From positions 1,339 to 65,338 of the forward strand of contig DATLOL010000056.1 in NCBI GenBank assembly GCA_035536275.1: a stretch of DNA of 64,000 nucleotides, in the 5' to 3' direction. Source of the stretch: Thermoanaerobaculia bacterium (GTDB lineage Bacteria > Acidobacteriota > Thermoanaerobaculia > Gp7-AA8). Positions within the stretch are counted from its first letter, which is position 1. Every line of letters begins with the position of its first letter. The notes under the pieces were generated by a model, which had not been told where the DNA came from, made no database searches, and was given only the letters and a program-made list of their open reading frames with translations. The position numbers and the translations under genes were made by a program. Below are positions 45,065-53,443 of the stretch, piece by piece.

Positions 45065-46567
45065 ATGAAGAGTCGTGGAATCATAATCAGCCTCATTCTC
45101 CTGCTGAACGTGACAACTGTCGCTGCACAGAAGCTTGCTCTTGTGACTCGTGTTGGGCGCGGAACTGTGGCACCGAAGAAGGATGCGTTTGCGGCGCTCA
45201 CGGCGACATATTTTACTGGCGATTCCAAGGGTCTTCGAGAGGGTCTCGTCGATCTGCTGAAGGACCCGGTATACCTCGACGCGAACGAGAAATTTATCGA
45301 CGAGATCGTCCACAAGTTCGACTTCGACAGGAATTTCTATTCGTTCATCTTCGTAGCCAAAGACCCGACTGCGAAGGATCCGCAACTGGTACGGGTGCTT
45401 ACCTATCCGAAGTCGTTCGCCGCGTATTACAGGGATGCCGGCGCAACTGAAATCGAGCTGGGGAATGCGTCTCTGCCTGGAGTACAGCAAATCTACGACG
45501 TCTTCCTCTATACCGGAAAGGCCTCCATCGGTATCACCTATACGTACACGGAAACCGAAAACCCACTGAACGCGCAGATGATCGCCGCTGCCAAGCTGGT
45601 CAACTTTGGCGAGATTGCGTCTGCAATCAGCTCACAGGATGTCGTTGCGAAGCAGCTCGAACGCGCAGCGCCTGGTGCCCGGCCCGAAGTGGATCCAGCA
45701 GACAAGGAAGTGGTCTACTTCACCATTTCCAGCGTTTCGATTCCAGCCACGCGTGCCACGGTGACGGCAAAGAGCACGGTCGACTTCGGCGACACTCCAC
45801 AAAAGAAGATTCGCACAGCCTCCATTGATGCACTTGCCGATGTCGAGCTTAGGCACCGCGTGATCTCGCCTTGCGCGCTTGCAATCGCTGAAGCCTCAAA
45901 CAAGGCAGTCCGCGACAACACGGCGGAATCCGACGATCCGCTCATTAAACGAGATGACCTGAAAGCGGCCGTGCGTAAGGCGATCAATGAGGTCCAGGGA
46001 AATACAACTTGCCAGGACGAACCGCAGAAGCCGCCTGTCGAAGCGGTCGCGCTGCGCGCGGACACCATTCGCGCGACGATTGACCGCTTTCTTGCCATCG
46101 CCGACGGCGGTGAGTCGAAACGCATGGAGAACAACACCGTCTATACGAACTCTCCACTCAATCGGTTCAGTTTGGGACTCGTCGCTGGCGGCATCTTCAA
46201 TCCATCGGGCGACGATCGGGTCAAGCTATCCGACGAGGGAAAGGTGGTTGCCGATCCGTTGAGCGGAGCGATCAGTGTCGCCGCACTCTATATCCACCCT
46301 ATGCCATACCTCAGCGGCACGGCCAGACCGTCGCAGGCGGAAAGGGTGCGCTTTATGGTCGGATATGTCGCCACTCCCGAACCAGGGCTTGCTGTCGGTG
46401 TTGCGTACCAGCTCTTTCGTGGTTTGACGATGAATGTCGGATACGCGGGTATGCTGGTCGACAGACTTGCGAAGGATGTCGAGGTAGGAACGACACCAGC
46501 GGTGGAACGTCCTTTCGAGCGAGGGGTAGCGCGTGCATTGTTTGCCGGTTTTGGATACAGCTTTTAA
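45065..46567 (+). CDS. Secreted protein with a C-terminal outer-membrane beta-barrel-like signature
   Basis: Start at ATG 45065 (RBS AGAGGA), with signal peptide 'MKSRGIIISLILLLNVTTVAAQ'. The C-terminal part has alternating hydrophobic strands and ends 'ALFAGFGYSF' (terminal Phe). Confidence 0.55.
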   Translation: MKSRGIIISLILLLNVTTVAAQKLALVTRVGRGTVAPKKDAFAALTATYFTGDSKGLREGLVDLLKDPVYLDANEKFIDEIVHKFDFDRNFYSFIFVAKDPTAKDPQLVRVLTYPKSFAAYYRDAGATEIELGNASLPGVQQIYDVFLYTGKASIGITYTYTETENPLNAQMIAAAKLVNFGEIASAISSQDVVAKQLERAAPGARPEVDPADKEVVYFTISSVSIPATRATVTAKSTVDFGDTPQKKIRTASIDALADVELRHRVISPCALAIAEASNKAVRDNTAESDDPLIKRDDLKAAVRKAINEVQGNTTCQDEPQKPPVEAVALRADTIRATIDRFLAIADGGESKRMENNTVYTNSPLNRFSLGLVAGGIFNPSGDDRVKLSDEGKVVADPLSGAISVAALYIHPMPYLSGTARPSQAERVRFMVGYVATPEPGLAVGVAYQLFRGLTMNVGYAGMLVDRLAKDVEVGTTPAVERPFERGVARALFAGFGYSF

Positions 46568-46866
46568 TCGAGAGTCACCGAGAACCTCTCGGATGCGATT
46601 TCCTTGCTGAAGGCCTTCATCTTTTGGGGGGGCTCGACGGTCACGCCTTCCTCGGCCGCGACCTTCTCTGCGTGAGCATGATCGCGTCGCGAACGGGGCG
46701 AACCTGGAGCCGTCGCCTGCAGGGCTGCGAAACCGGACGGCGCCGGTACGGCCGAAGTGCTGCATTCAGATCGTCTTAGACTGTCGCAGGCCGAGCGTCG
46801 ATCCCCACAGGCGCGGGCTGTTTTCCTTCTTGCGTAGGCAAGCGATAGCCAGCAGAATGTGAGAGA

Positions 46867-47568
46867 ATGACCGCCTTCCACATGCCCTCCGCGCGACGAC
46901 GGAGATTAGTACTTGACCGTCGAACCGTGCTGGCGGTTTGCCGAGAACTCAGCGCCGCATCCGACGACAATCGTTTGGGCAATCCATCCGACCCTCTTTC
47001 GGACCTTATCTACATCGTCATCAGCAACAAAACTGCGCCGGGGATGGCATCGCGCACCTATGCGAATCTGACGCGGCAGTTCAATCGATGGGAAGATCTG
47101 CTCGAAGCACCCATCAGTGCAGTTCGCCGCGTATTGCGACCAGCCGGTCTCGCAGGCGTCAAGGCGCGGCAGCTGCGAGGGGCGTTGCGGAAGATCAAGC
47201 GAGATCTCGGAGAGCTGTCGCTGGATGCGCTCCGAGGCTGGCCCGAAAGACGCCAGCTCGAGTACCTGACCACGCTTCCCGGTGTTTCGGGCAAGGTCGC
47301 GCGATGCGTGATGATGTACACGCTCAACGCGCACGTTCTTCCGGTGGACGCTCACGTACATCGCCTGGCGCGGCGCTTGGGATGGACGAGCCGCAAACGC
47401 GCTGACCAATGCCATGAGGAGCTCGAGGCGATCATTCCGCCGGCGAGCCGATTCGCGTTCCACGTCGGTGCGATCCTAGTCGGCCGCTCGATCTGTCGTC
47501 CACGCGACCCACGCTGTGGAGAATGTCGCCTCCGGAGCTACTGCCCGGCAGCAACGAAAAGCGCATGA
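46867..47568 (+). CDS. HhH-GPD superfamily DNA glycosylase (endonuclease III / Mig-like) with a 4Fe-4S cluster loop
   Basis: HhH 'LTTLPGVSGKVARCVMMY', catalytic Asp block 'LPVDAHVHRLARRLGW', cluster 'CRPRDPRCGECRLRSYC' (C-x6-C-x2-C-x5-C). ATGA overlap with the MTase start. Confidence 0.8.
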   Translation: MTAFHMPSARRRRLVLDRRTVLAVCRELSAASDDNRLGNPSDPLSDLIYIVISNKTAPGMASRTYANLTRQFNRWEDLLEAPISAVRRVLRPAGLAGVKARQLRGALRKIKRDLGELSLDALRGWPERRQLEYLTTLPGVSGKVARCVMMYTLNAHVLPVDAHVHRLARRLGWTSRKRADQCHEELEAIIPPASRFAFHVGAILVGRSICRPRDPRCGECRLRSYCPAATKSA

Positions 47569-48683
47569 ACGGAGCCGCTCGACCGATCGCGATCGACATC
47601 TTCAGCGGAGCGGGCGGCATGTCGTTGGGGTTCGAGCAGGCAGGCTTCGACGTGCCTGTCGCGTACGACATCAATCCGGTCAACGTCGCGACGTACGCTC
47701 GCAATTTTCCGGAGGCGGAATCGATCGAAGCGGACGTTCACAAACTGACTGGAGACGCGATCCTTGCGAAGGCTGCCGTGCGCTCCGTCGACGTGCTCTT
47801 CGGCGGCCCTCCGTGTCAGGGATTCTCCGTCATCGGGAAGCGTCGCGCCGACGACCCGCGAAACGAACTGCTGTTGGAGTTCGCGCGTCTCGTGGACGAG
47901 GTGCGTCCGCGGTACTTCGTCGTCGAGAACGTGGCCGGCCTAACGATCGGTGCCGCTCGGAAGAGCTTGCAGAAGTTTCTTGCGCGGGCGAAGAAAGCAG
48001 GCTATCGCTGCATCGATCCGGTCCAAATCCTCGACGCGAGTCATTTTGGCGTTCCGCAACAGCGACGGCGCGTATTCATTCTCGGCCATCGGGCATCCTT
48101 CCCCGCACCGGCATATCCGGTCGCGCAGGAGGGCGTGTCGCCGACCGTATGGGACGCGATCGGTGACCTCTCGCTGTTGGATCTGCACGCCGCCGACGAT
48201 CGCGGCGATTGCTACGAAGGTCCGCTCGGCGCGCCGTCGACCTACGCAAGCGTCCTGCGCGGAGAAACCGATGACCTCGACGACCTATCGTACGCGCGCG
48301 CGGCGTCGGCCACCGGTCTGCAAGGCTGCGCTCGGAGCGTCCACAGCGTGGTGACGATTCGCCGTTTCGCGAAAACGAAGCCCGGGCATCGGGAGCACGT
48401 CAGCAAGTTTCACCGCCTCGACGCCGCCGGCATTTCGTACACGATTCGCGCGGGCACGGGACCCGAGAACGGCTCGTTCATGGCGTCGCGGCCGATTCAT
48501 CCCGAATACCCGCGGTGCATCACCGTCCGCGAGGCGGCGCGCCTCCACTCCTTCCCGGATTGGTTCCAGTTCGATGCAACGAAGTGGCACGGCTTTCGGC
48601 AGATCGGAAACTCCGTCCCGCCGCTAATGGCGAGGGAGGTTGCGAAGTGCATAATGGCGGCACTTAATCGACGCAAACGCTGA
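47565..48683 (+). CDS. dcm: DNA (cytosine-5)-methyltransferase
   Basis: Motif I 'DIFSGAGGMSLG', IV 'GGPPCQGFS', VI 'VVENVAGL', VIII 'GVPQQRRRVFILG', X 'IGNSVPPLMA'. Confidence 0.9.
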   Translation: MNGAARPIAIDIFSGAGGMSLGFEQAGFDVPVAYDINPVNVATYARNFPEAESIEADVHKLTGDAILAKAAVRSVDVLFGGPPCQGFSVIGKRRADDPRNELLLEFARLVDEVRPRYFVVENVAGLTIGAARKSLQKFLARAKKAGYRCIDPVQILDASHFGVPQQRRRVFILGHRASFPAPAYPVAQEGVSPTVWDAIGDLSLLDLHAADDRGDCYEGPLGAPSTYASVLRGETDDLDDLSYARAASATGLQGCARSVHSVVTIRRFAKTKPGHREHVSKFHRLDAAGISYTIRAGTGPENGSFMASRPIHPEYPRCITVREAARLHSFPDWFQFDATKWHGFRQIGNSVPPLMAREVAKCIMAALNRRKR

Positions 48684-50059
48684 TGGCAACTACCAAGAAA
48701 GCGACGGCGGCCACCGCTCCGAACGCATCGGACCTCGTCGATGCGGAGCCCACGAAGGATCTCTTCATCGAAATGCTCGTCAAGGACATCACATTGATCC
48801 CCGCGATCAAGGACCTCGTGGACAATTCCGTGGACGGCGCGCGAGCCTTGCGAGCGGGATCGACGGCCAAGAATCGGTACGATGGCCTCGAGATCCGAAT
48901 CGACGCCGACAAGAAGCATTTCAAGATCTCGGATAACTGTGGCGGCATCCCGATCGACGTCGCTCGGAACTACGCGTTTCGCTTCGGCAGGCCGAAGGGA
49001 ATGCCTCGAACGCCGCACTCCGTCGGTCAGTTCGGCGTCGGAATGAAGCGTGCGCTCTTCAAGCTCGGGACGAAGTTCTCGATCGACTCGACGGCCGAGC
49101 GATCGTGGTTCAAGCTGGATGTGGACGTGGATGCGTGGCGACAGCGGCCGGAATGGCAGTTCGTTCTTACCGATCATCGCGACAACGAACCGCAGAACAC
49201 CGCGAAGCGCGGAACCACGATCGTGGTGCCTGATCTTCACGACTCAGTGGCCGAGCAGTTTTCGCTCGAGAACTTCAAGACAGAACTCGTGAAGGAACTC
49301 GAAGAAGCTCATCAAGAGAGTCTGGATAGCGGCCTGACGATTACGCTGAGTGGCATCCCACTCCGCACGCGCCCCCTCACGTTGTTGCAAGCGGACGAAC
49401 TGAAGCCCGTGGCGTATTCGCGGACGATTCATGTAAAGGACAAAGGCGACGTCAACGTTCGGATTTACGTCGGCGTCGGAAAATCCGATCCCGTCGCCGG
49501 CGGCTGGTACGTGTTCTGTAACGGTCGCCTGATCGTCGGTGCCGATCAATCCGCAGTGACGGGCTGGGGCGACACCGCAGAAAAAGGGATTCCGCGGTAC
49601 CACGGTCAATTCTCTCGGTTCCGCGGCTTCATTTTCTTCGACGCCGCCGACCCGCTCCTTTTGCCCTGGAATACGATGAAGACCGGCATCGATACGGACT
49701 CCCCACGGTTCCGCGCGGTCCGGCTCGACATGACGCGACTCATGCGTCCCGTCATCGACTTCCTCAACAAGTTGGACGGCGAGAAGGCGAAGTATCCCGA
49801 CGACGACGGCCCTCTCCAGACGGTCGTGCGGTCTGGCAAGGACGTTCGCCTTTCGGAGCTGCCAGACAACGACAAGTTCCTATGGCCGAAGCCGACGCCC
49901 GCGCCGAAATCGAGCGGCGACGCGACGGTTATCAAATACTCGCGACCGACCAACAAGATCAAGGCCGTGAAGGCGGCGATCGGCGCGCGGAGCAATAAGG
50001 AAGTCGGCGAAAAGACGTTCGATTACTACTTCCAAGCAGAGTGTGATGGCGATGGGTAG
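48683..50059 (+). CDS. GHKL-superfamily (MORC/MutL-like, HATPase_c_3-style) ATPase
   Basis: N-box 'KDLVDNSVDGA', G1 'ISDNCGGI', G2 'SVGQFGVGMKRALF'. Its ATG shares its A with the dcm TGA. Confidence 0.7.
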   Translation: MATTKKATAATAPNASDLVDAEPTKDLFIEMLVKDITLIPAIKDLVDNSVDGARALRAGSTAKNRYDGLEIRIDADKKHFKISDNCGGIPIDVARNYAFRFGRPKGMPRTPHSVGQFGVGMKRALFKLGTKFSIDSTAERSWFKLDVDVDAWRQRPEWQFVLTDHRDNEPQNTAKRGTTIVVPDLHDSVAEQFSLENFKTELVKELEEAHQESLDSGLTITLSGIPLRTRPLTLLQADELKPVAYSRTIHVKDKGDVNVRIYVGVGKSDPVAGGWYVFCNGRLIVGADQSAVTGWGDTAEKGIPRYHGQFSRFRGFIFFDAADPLLLPWNTMKTGIDTDSPRFRAVRLDMTRLMRPVIDFLNKLDGEKAKYPDDDGPLQTVVRSGKDVRLSELPDNDKFLWPKPTPAPKSSGDATVIKYSRPTNKIKAVKAAIGARSNKEVGEKTFDYYFQAECDGDG

Positions 50060-51014
50060 TTACGAACGGATCAACTACGCGCTCCGGCCGGCGAAAAGCA
50101 TCGAACGGAAGATGATGGTCGAAGCGCTGCGGAAGCTCGCGCCGTTCGGTGCGGTCTCCGCGTACCGATACATCGGTTTCGGATCGACGTACTTCAGCGA
50201 CTTCGTGCTCGTACACAAGGCGCTCGGTATCTCGAACATGATCAGCATCGAGCAGGATGTCGAGAATCAAGACCGCTTCGCGTTCAATCGTCCGTATCGC
50301 TGCATCGCGATCGAATTCGGGTCGTCCAACGAAGTTCTTCCGACGCTCCCGTGGAACGTCCGGACGATCGGATGGCTGGATTACGATGGTCCTTTAGACG
50401 CTAGCGTGCTCGCCGACGCGCGGTTCTTCGTTGCGACCGCCCGCGCCGGCAGCGTCTTCATCGTCAGCGTAAACGCGGAGCCGGACCGCAAAGCCGGCGG
50501 CGCCGATGCGGAGATTGCGAAGTATCGCCTCGACAAGTTGAAGGAACGAGTCGGCGATCCAAAAGTGCCTGACGACGTGCTCGGCAAGCAGCTCGCGAAA
50601 TGGGGTACGGCCGCCGTGTACCGGCGCATTCTCTCGAATGAGATCGAAACGACGCTCGTCGAGCGAAACGGCGCGCTTGAATCGGGAAGCAAGTTGCGAT
50701 TCAAGCCCCTCTTTCATTTCCGCTACGCGGACAATGCAAAGATGCTCACCGTCGGAGGCTTGTTGTTCGATGAAGGGCAGGAAGTTCTCGTGAACTCTTG
50801 CAACTTCGAAAAGCTGGACTTTATCCGGACCAACGGCGAGCCCTACCTCATCGAGGCGCCGAATCTCACGTACCGCGAGATCCGTCATTTGGATCGGCAG
50901 CTTCCGTGTAGCGCGGTGGCCGACCTCGACGCGCCCGGTGTCCCATCGGACGACATCCGCAAGTACTCGGATGTCTACCGATACTTTCCCACGTTCGCGG
51001 AGACGGAGATCTGA
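50046..51014 (+). CDS. 322-aa unknown protein with a Rossmann/class-I-methyltransferase-like strand pattern
   Basis: It overlaps the GHKL gene end by 14 nt. 'YRYIGFGSTYFSDF', 'NMISIEQD', 'IGWLDYDG', 'SVFIVSVNA'. No family recognised. Confidence 0.5.
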   Translation: MAMGSYERINYALRPAKSIERKMMVEALRKLAPFGAVSAYRYIGFGSTYFSDFVLVHKALGISNMISIEQDVENQDRFAFNRPYRCIAIEFGSSNEVLPTLPWNVRTIGWLDYDGPLDASVLADARFFVATARAGSVFIVSVNAEPDRKAGGADAEIAKYRLDKLKERVGDPKVPDDVLGKQLAKWGTAAVYRRILSNEIETTLVERNGALESGSKLRFKPLFHFRYADNAKMLTVGGLLFDEGQEVLVNSCNFEKLDFIRTNGEPYLIEAPNLTYREIRHLDRQLPCSAVADLDAPGVPSDDIRKYSDVYRYFPTFAETEI

Positions 51015-51017
51015 CGT

Positions 51018-52424
51018 GTGCTTGGGCGGCTGACCGACTACCTCGTCGCGGCCCACGTGCTCGTCGTTATCTTTTTGGTCGTCGCCAACTTTCAGGCGAT
51101 ACGCGCGCTCAGCCGCCGCTCGTTCTCCTATTCGGCGCTCGGATGGTTCGCACATTTCGTGTATCTGTGCGTCGGCCTCACGTCCTACGGAACCGTTGCC
51201 GGCGTTCGCATGTTCGAGCGCCAATGGTGGATCGCTCTCATCAGTCTTAGCGGCGTCGTTGCTTCTTACTTCTTCTGCATGGCGCTCCTTCGCGAGCGTG
51301 ACGGACGGCCGCGGTGGGCCTGGCCGACCGCAATCTTCATACTCGGCGCCGTAGCGGTGAGTTGGCTGGCCGTGCAACTACCGCCGCGGTATGATGCGCT
51401 GCTCGACGGACTGATCGTCTCGCTCGGCTTCGTAGTGCTGGCCGTCTATTACCGCCGCGTGCTCGTCGAAGCGCTACCGACCACCCGCCGCCTGCCGTGG
51501 ATTCCAGTAGCAGGGGCGCTCTGCTACGCGACGTTGCAGCCGTTGTCCCTGTTGGGTGGCGCGAACACCACCTTGGTTCCACAGTCGATATACGTGCTCG
51601 CGATCGCGAGCAAGCTTCTGATGGCGTTCGGGCTGCAAGCGGCGTTCATCGCGCGCGCCGCAGCGGGGGCTCGTCTCTATGGCGCCGCAGCAACCATCGG
51701 GCGGCTAACGCACGAGTTAGGGACTCCGATCGCTCAGATCGGCCTCCAGGTCGAGCGCATCACGCGGATGCTTGACTCGGACAAGACCGAACGGCTGCAG
51801 GATGATTTGTACGCGCTCGATAACGCCGTGCTTCGCGTGAAGGCGACCCTCGCGGCGACGCAGCAGCTGCTGCCGACGCCGGACGACATCATCGACCTGC
51901 ATCGCCTTCTGATGCCGGCCGATGGCGCGGCGCAGCCGCGACGCGAAGCCGTCATCAACGTCAATACGGTCGTGCAACTCGCAATGATGGCGGTCAAGGA
52001 GACGCGGGCAGAGCGCGTTCACTTGACTGTCGCGTACGCGCACAACTGCTGCGTCCGGGCCGATGCGTTCGAACTCACGCAGGTATTCGTGAATCTATTG
52101 CGAAACGCGTACGAGGCATTTCCGAATGGGATCGGAAGCGTCGCGATTCGCACTCAGGGCGATGGCAGCCAAGAAAAGGGCCGGGTCGTCATCTCGGTCA
52201 CCGACGACGGCGAGGGCATCCGGCGCGATCTACTGCCCGTTGTCTTTCGGGACGGCGTGAGCGCGAGGGGCGGTCCCGGTCGCGGATACGGTCTGGCGGT
52301 CGTGCGTTCGATCGTTCAGCGCTACGGCGGCTCCATCACGTTAGAACCCAACGAGGCGCCCGGCGCTACCGGGACGATCGCGACCGTCGTTCTGCCGCGC
52401 GTACGGTGCGGATCGTATGCGTAG
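51018..52424 (+). CDS. Sensor histidine kinase with a multi-TM (about 6-7 helices) membrane-embedded input domain
   Basis: GTG start 3 nt after the previous stop. H-box 'RLTHELGTPIAQI', N-box 'NLLRNAYEA', G1 'DDGEGI', G2 'GRGYGLAVV'. There is no obvious periplasmic domain. Confidence 0.8.
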   Translation: MLGRLTDYLVAAHVLVVIFLVVANFQAIRALSRRSFSYSALGWFAHFVYLCVGLTSYGTVAGVRMFERQWWIALISLSGVVASYFFCMALLRERDGRPRWAWPTAIFILGAVAVSWLAVQLPPRYDALLDGLIVSLGFVVLAVYYRRVLVEALPTTRRLPWIPVAGALCYATLQPLSLLGGANTTLVPQSIYVLAIASKLLMAFGLQAAFIARAAAGARLYGAAATIGRLTHELGTPIAQIGLQVERITRMLDSDKTERLQDDLYALDNAVLRVKATLAATQQLLPTPDDIIDLHRLLMPADGAAQPRREAVINVNTVVQLAMMAVKETRAERVHLTVAYAHNCCVRADAFELTQVFVNLLRNAYEAFPNGIGSVAIRTQGDGSQEKGRVVISVTDDGEGIRRDLLPVVFRDGVSARGGPGRGYGLAVVRSIVQRYGGSITLEPNEAPGATGTIATVVLPRVRCGSYA

Positions 52425-52453
52425 CGCGGACCCGTGCGAGACTGCGTAGGAGG

Positions 52454-53443
52454 ATGATGGTGCCGACCCCGAAGAGCATTGCCACCAAGCCGCGGGTTCT
52501 GTGGCTCGACGACGACGCCGTATACCTCGATGCCATCCGCCAGGCTATCGAGGATCGCGTTGACGTTACGACGGCGACCTCCGCAGACGAAGCGATTGCA
52601 CTGCTCGCGCGCGGCGACTCGTACGACGCCGTCGTCACCGATCTCGTGCTTTCGCCGAACGAGGCGGGCGGCTTGGAGTTCATCAAGTTCGCCAAATCGA
52701 CATCACCCACGACTCCCTTGATCGCCGTATCTGCATTTTCGGCGCGCTACACGCGCGAACTGAACGATCTCGGCGTCGACGCTCTGTTGGACAAATCCGA
52801 TCTGAACCGGGAGGCGCTTATAGATCTCATCGCCTCGATCGTCCGGCAACCCGCGCGAGAGCACGGCTCGATGGAGTTCGTGCGAGAGATTGAAGTTCGG
52901 CGAATCGTCGAAGAAGAGATCAAGAGGCTCGTGCCGGAAAAAGAGCGTACGCTCGATCTTCTCGAGCACGGCCGCTTCGAACTGATAAAGCCGCTCGTGG
53001 GCTACAAGCACGACATCGAACGGCAACTTCTCCGCTTTCCGTACGACAGGAATGTGTTTCTCATGATGAAGTTCCGGTCGACGAACGTCGAATTGGGAGA
53101 GTTCATCATCGAATCGCTGGCGCGTGCGGGGCTGTGCGGCGTCCGGGCGGATCAAGATGCGTGGAACATCACGCGGAACGTGTACAACCCGATCGCGGTG
53201 CTGTATTGCTGCAAGTTTGGTATCGCACTGTTCGATGAGGCCGAGACCGGGCAAGCGTATAGCCCGAATGTCGCGTACGAACTCGGGATGATGCACTATC
53301 AAGGTAAAGAGTGCCTGATTCTGCGCCATGCGTCGCTGCCAGCAGTGCCCTTCGATTTGATCAAAGATCTGTATCAGGAATACTCGAAAGACCTGCAAGT
53401 ACGCGCGCGCGTGGAGGCGTGGTTGCGGCAAATCGCTCCTTGA
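52454..53443 (+). CDS. Response regulator: REC domain fused to a TIR / nucleoside-2-deoxyribosyltransferase-like (flavodoxin-fold) output domain
   Basis: ATG 52454 follows AGGAGG. REC: 'VLWLDDD', 'AVVTDLVL', 'LIAVSAF', 'ALLDKS'. C-terminal domain: 'NVFLMMKF', 'IAVLYCCKFGIALFD', 'SPNVAYELGMMHYQGKECLILRH' (conserved Glu-x-Gly...GK pattern). Confidence 0.6.
   Translation: MMVPTPKSIATKPRVLWLDDDAVYLDAIRQAIEDRVDVTTATSADEAIALLARGDSYDAVVTDLVLSPNEAGGLEFIKFAKSTSPTTPLIAVSAFSARYTRELNDLGVDALLDKSDLNREALIDLIASIVRQPAREHGSMEFVREIEVRRIVEEEIKRLVPEKERTLDLLEHGRFELIKPLVGYKHDIERQLLRFPYDRNVFLMMKFRSTNVELGEFIIESLARAGLCGVRADQDAWNITRNVYNPIAVLYCCKFGIALFDEAETGQAYSPNVAYELGMMHYQGKECLILRHASLPAVPFDLIKDLYQEYSKDLQVRARVEAWLRQIAP

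Noticed and set aside
46564-46881. 105-aa minus-strand ORF in the gap between the OMP-like gene and the glycosylase gene
   Set aside because: Only the last about 35 codons look protein-like, and there is no RBS or motif. It more likely lies within the promoter region of the six-gene cassette.
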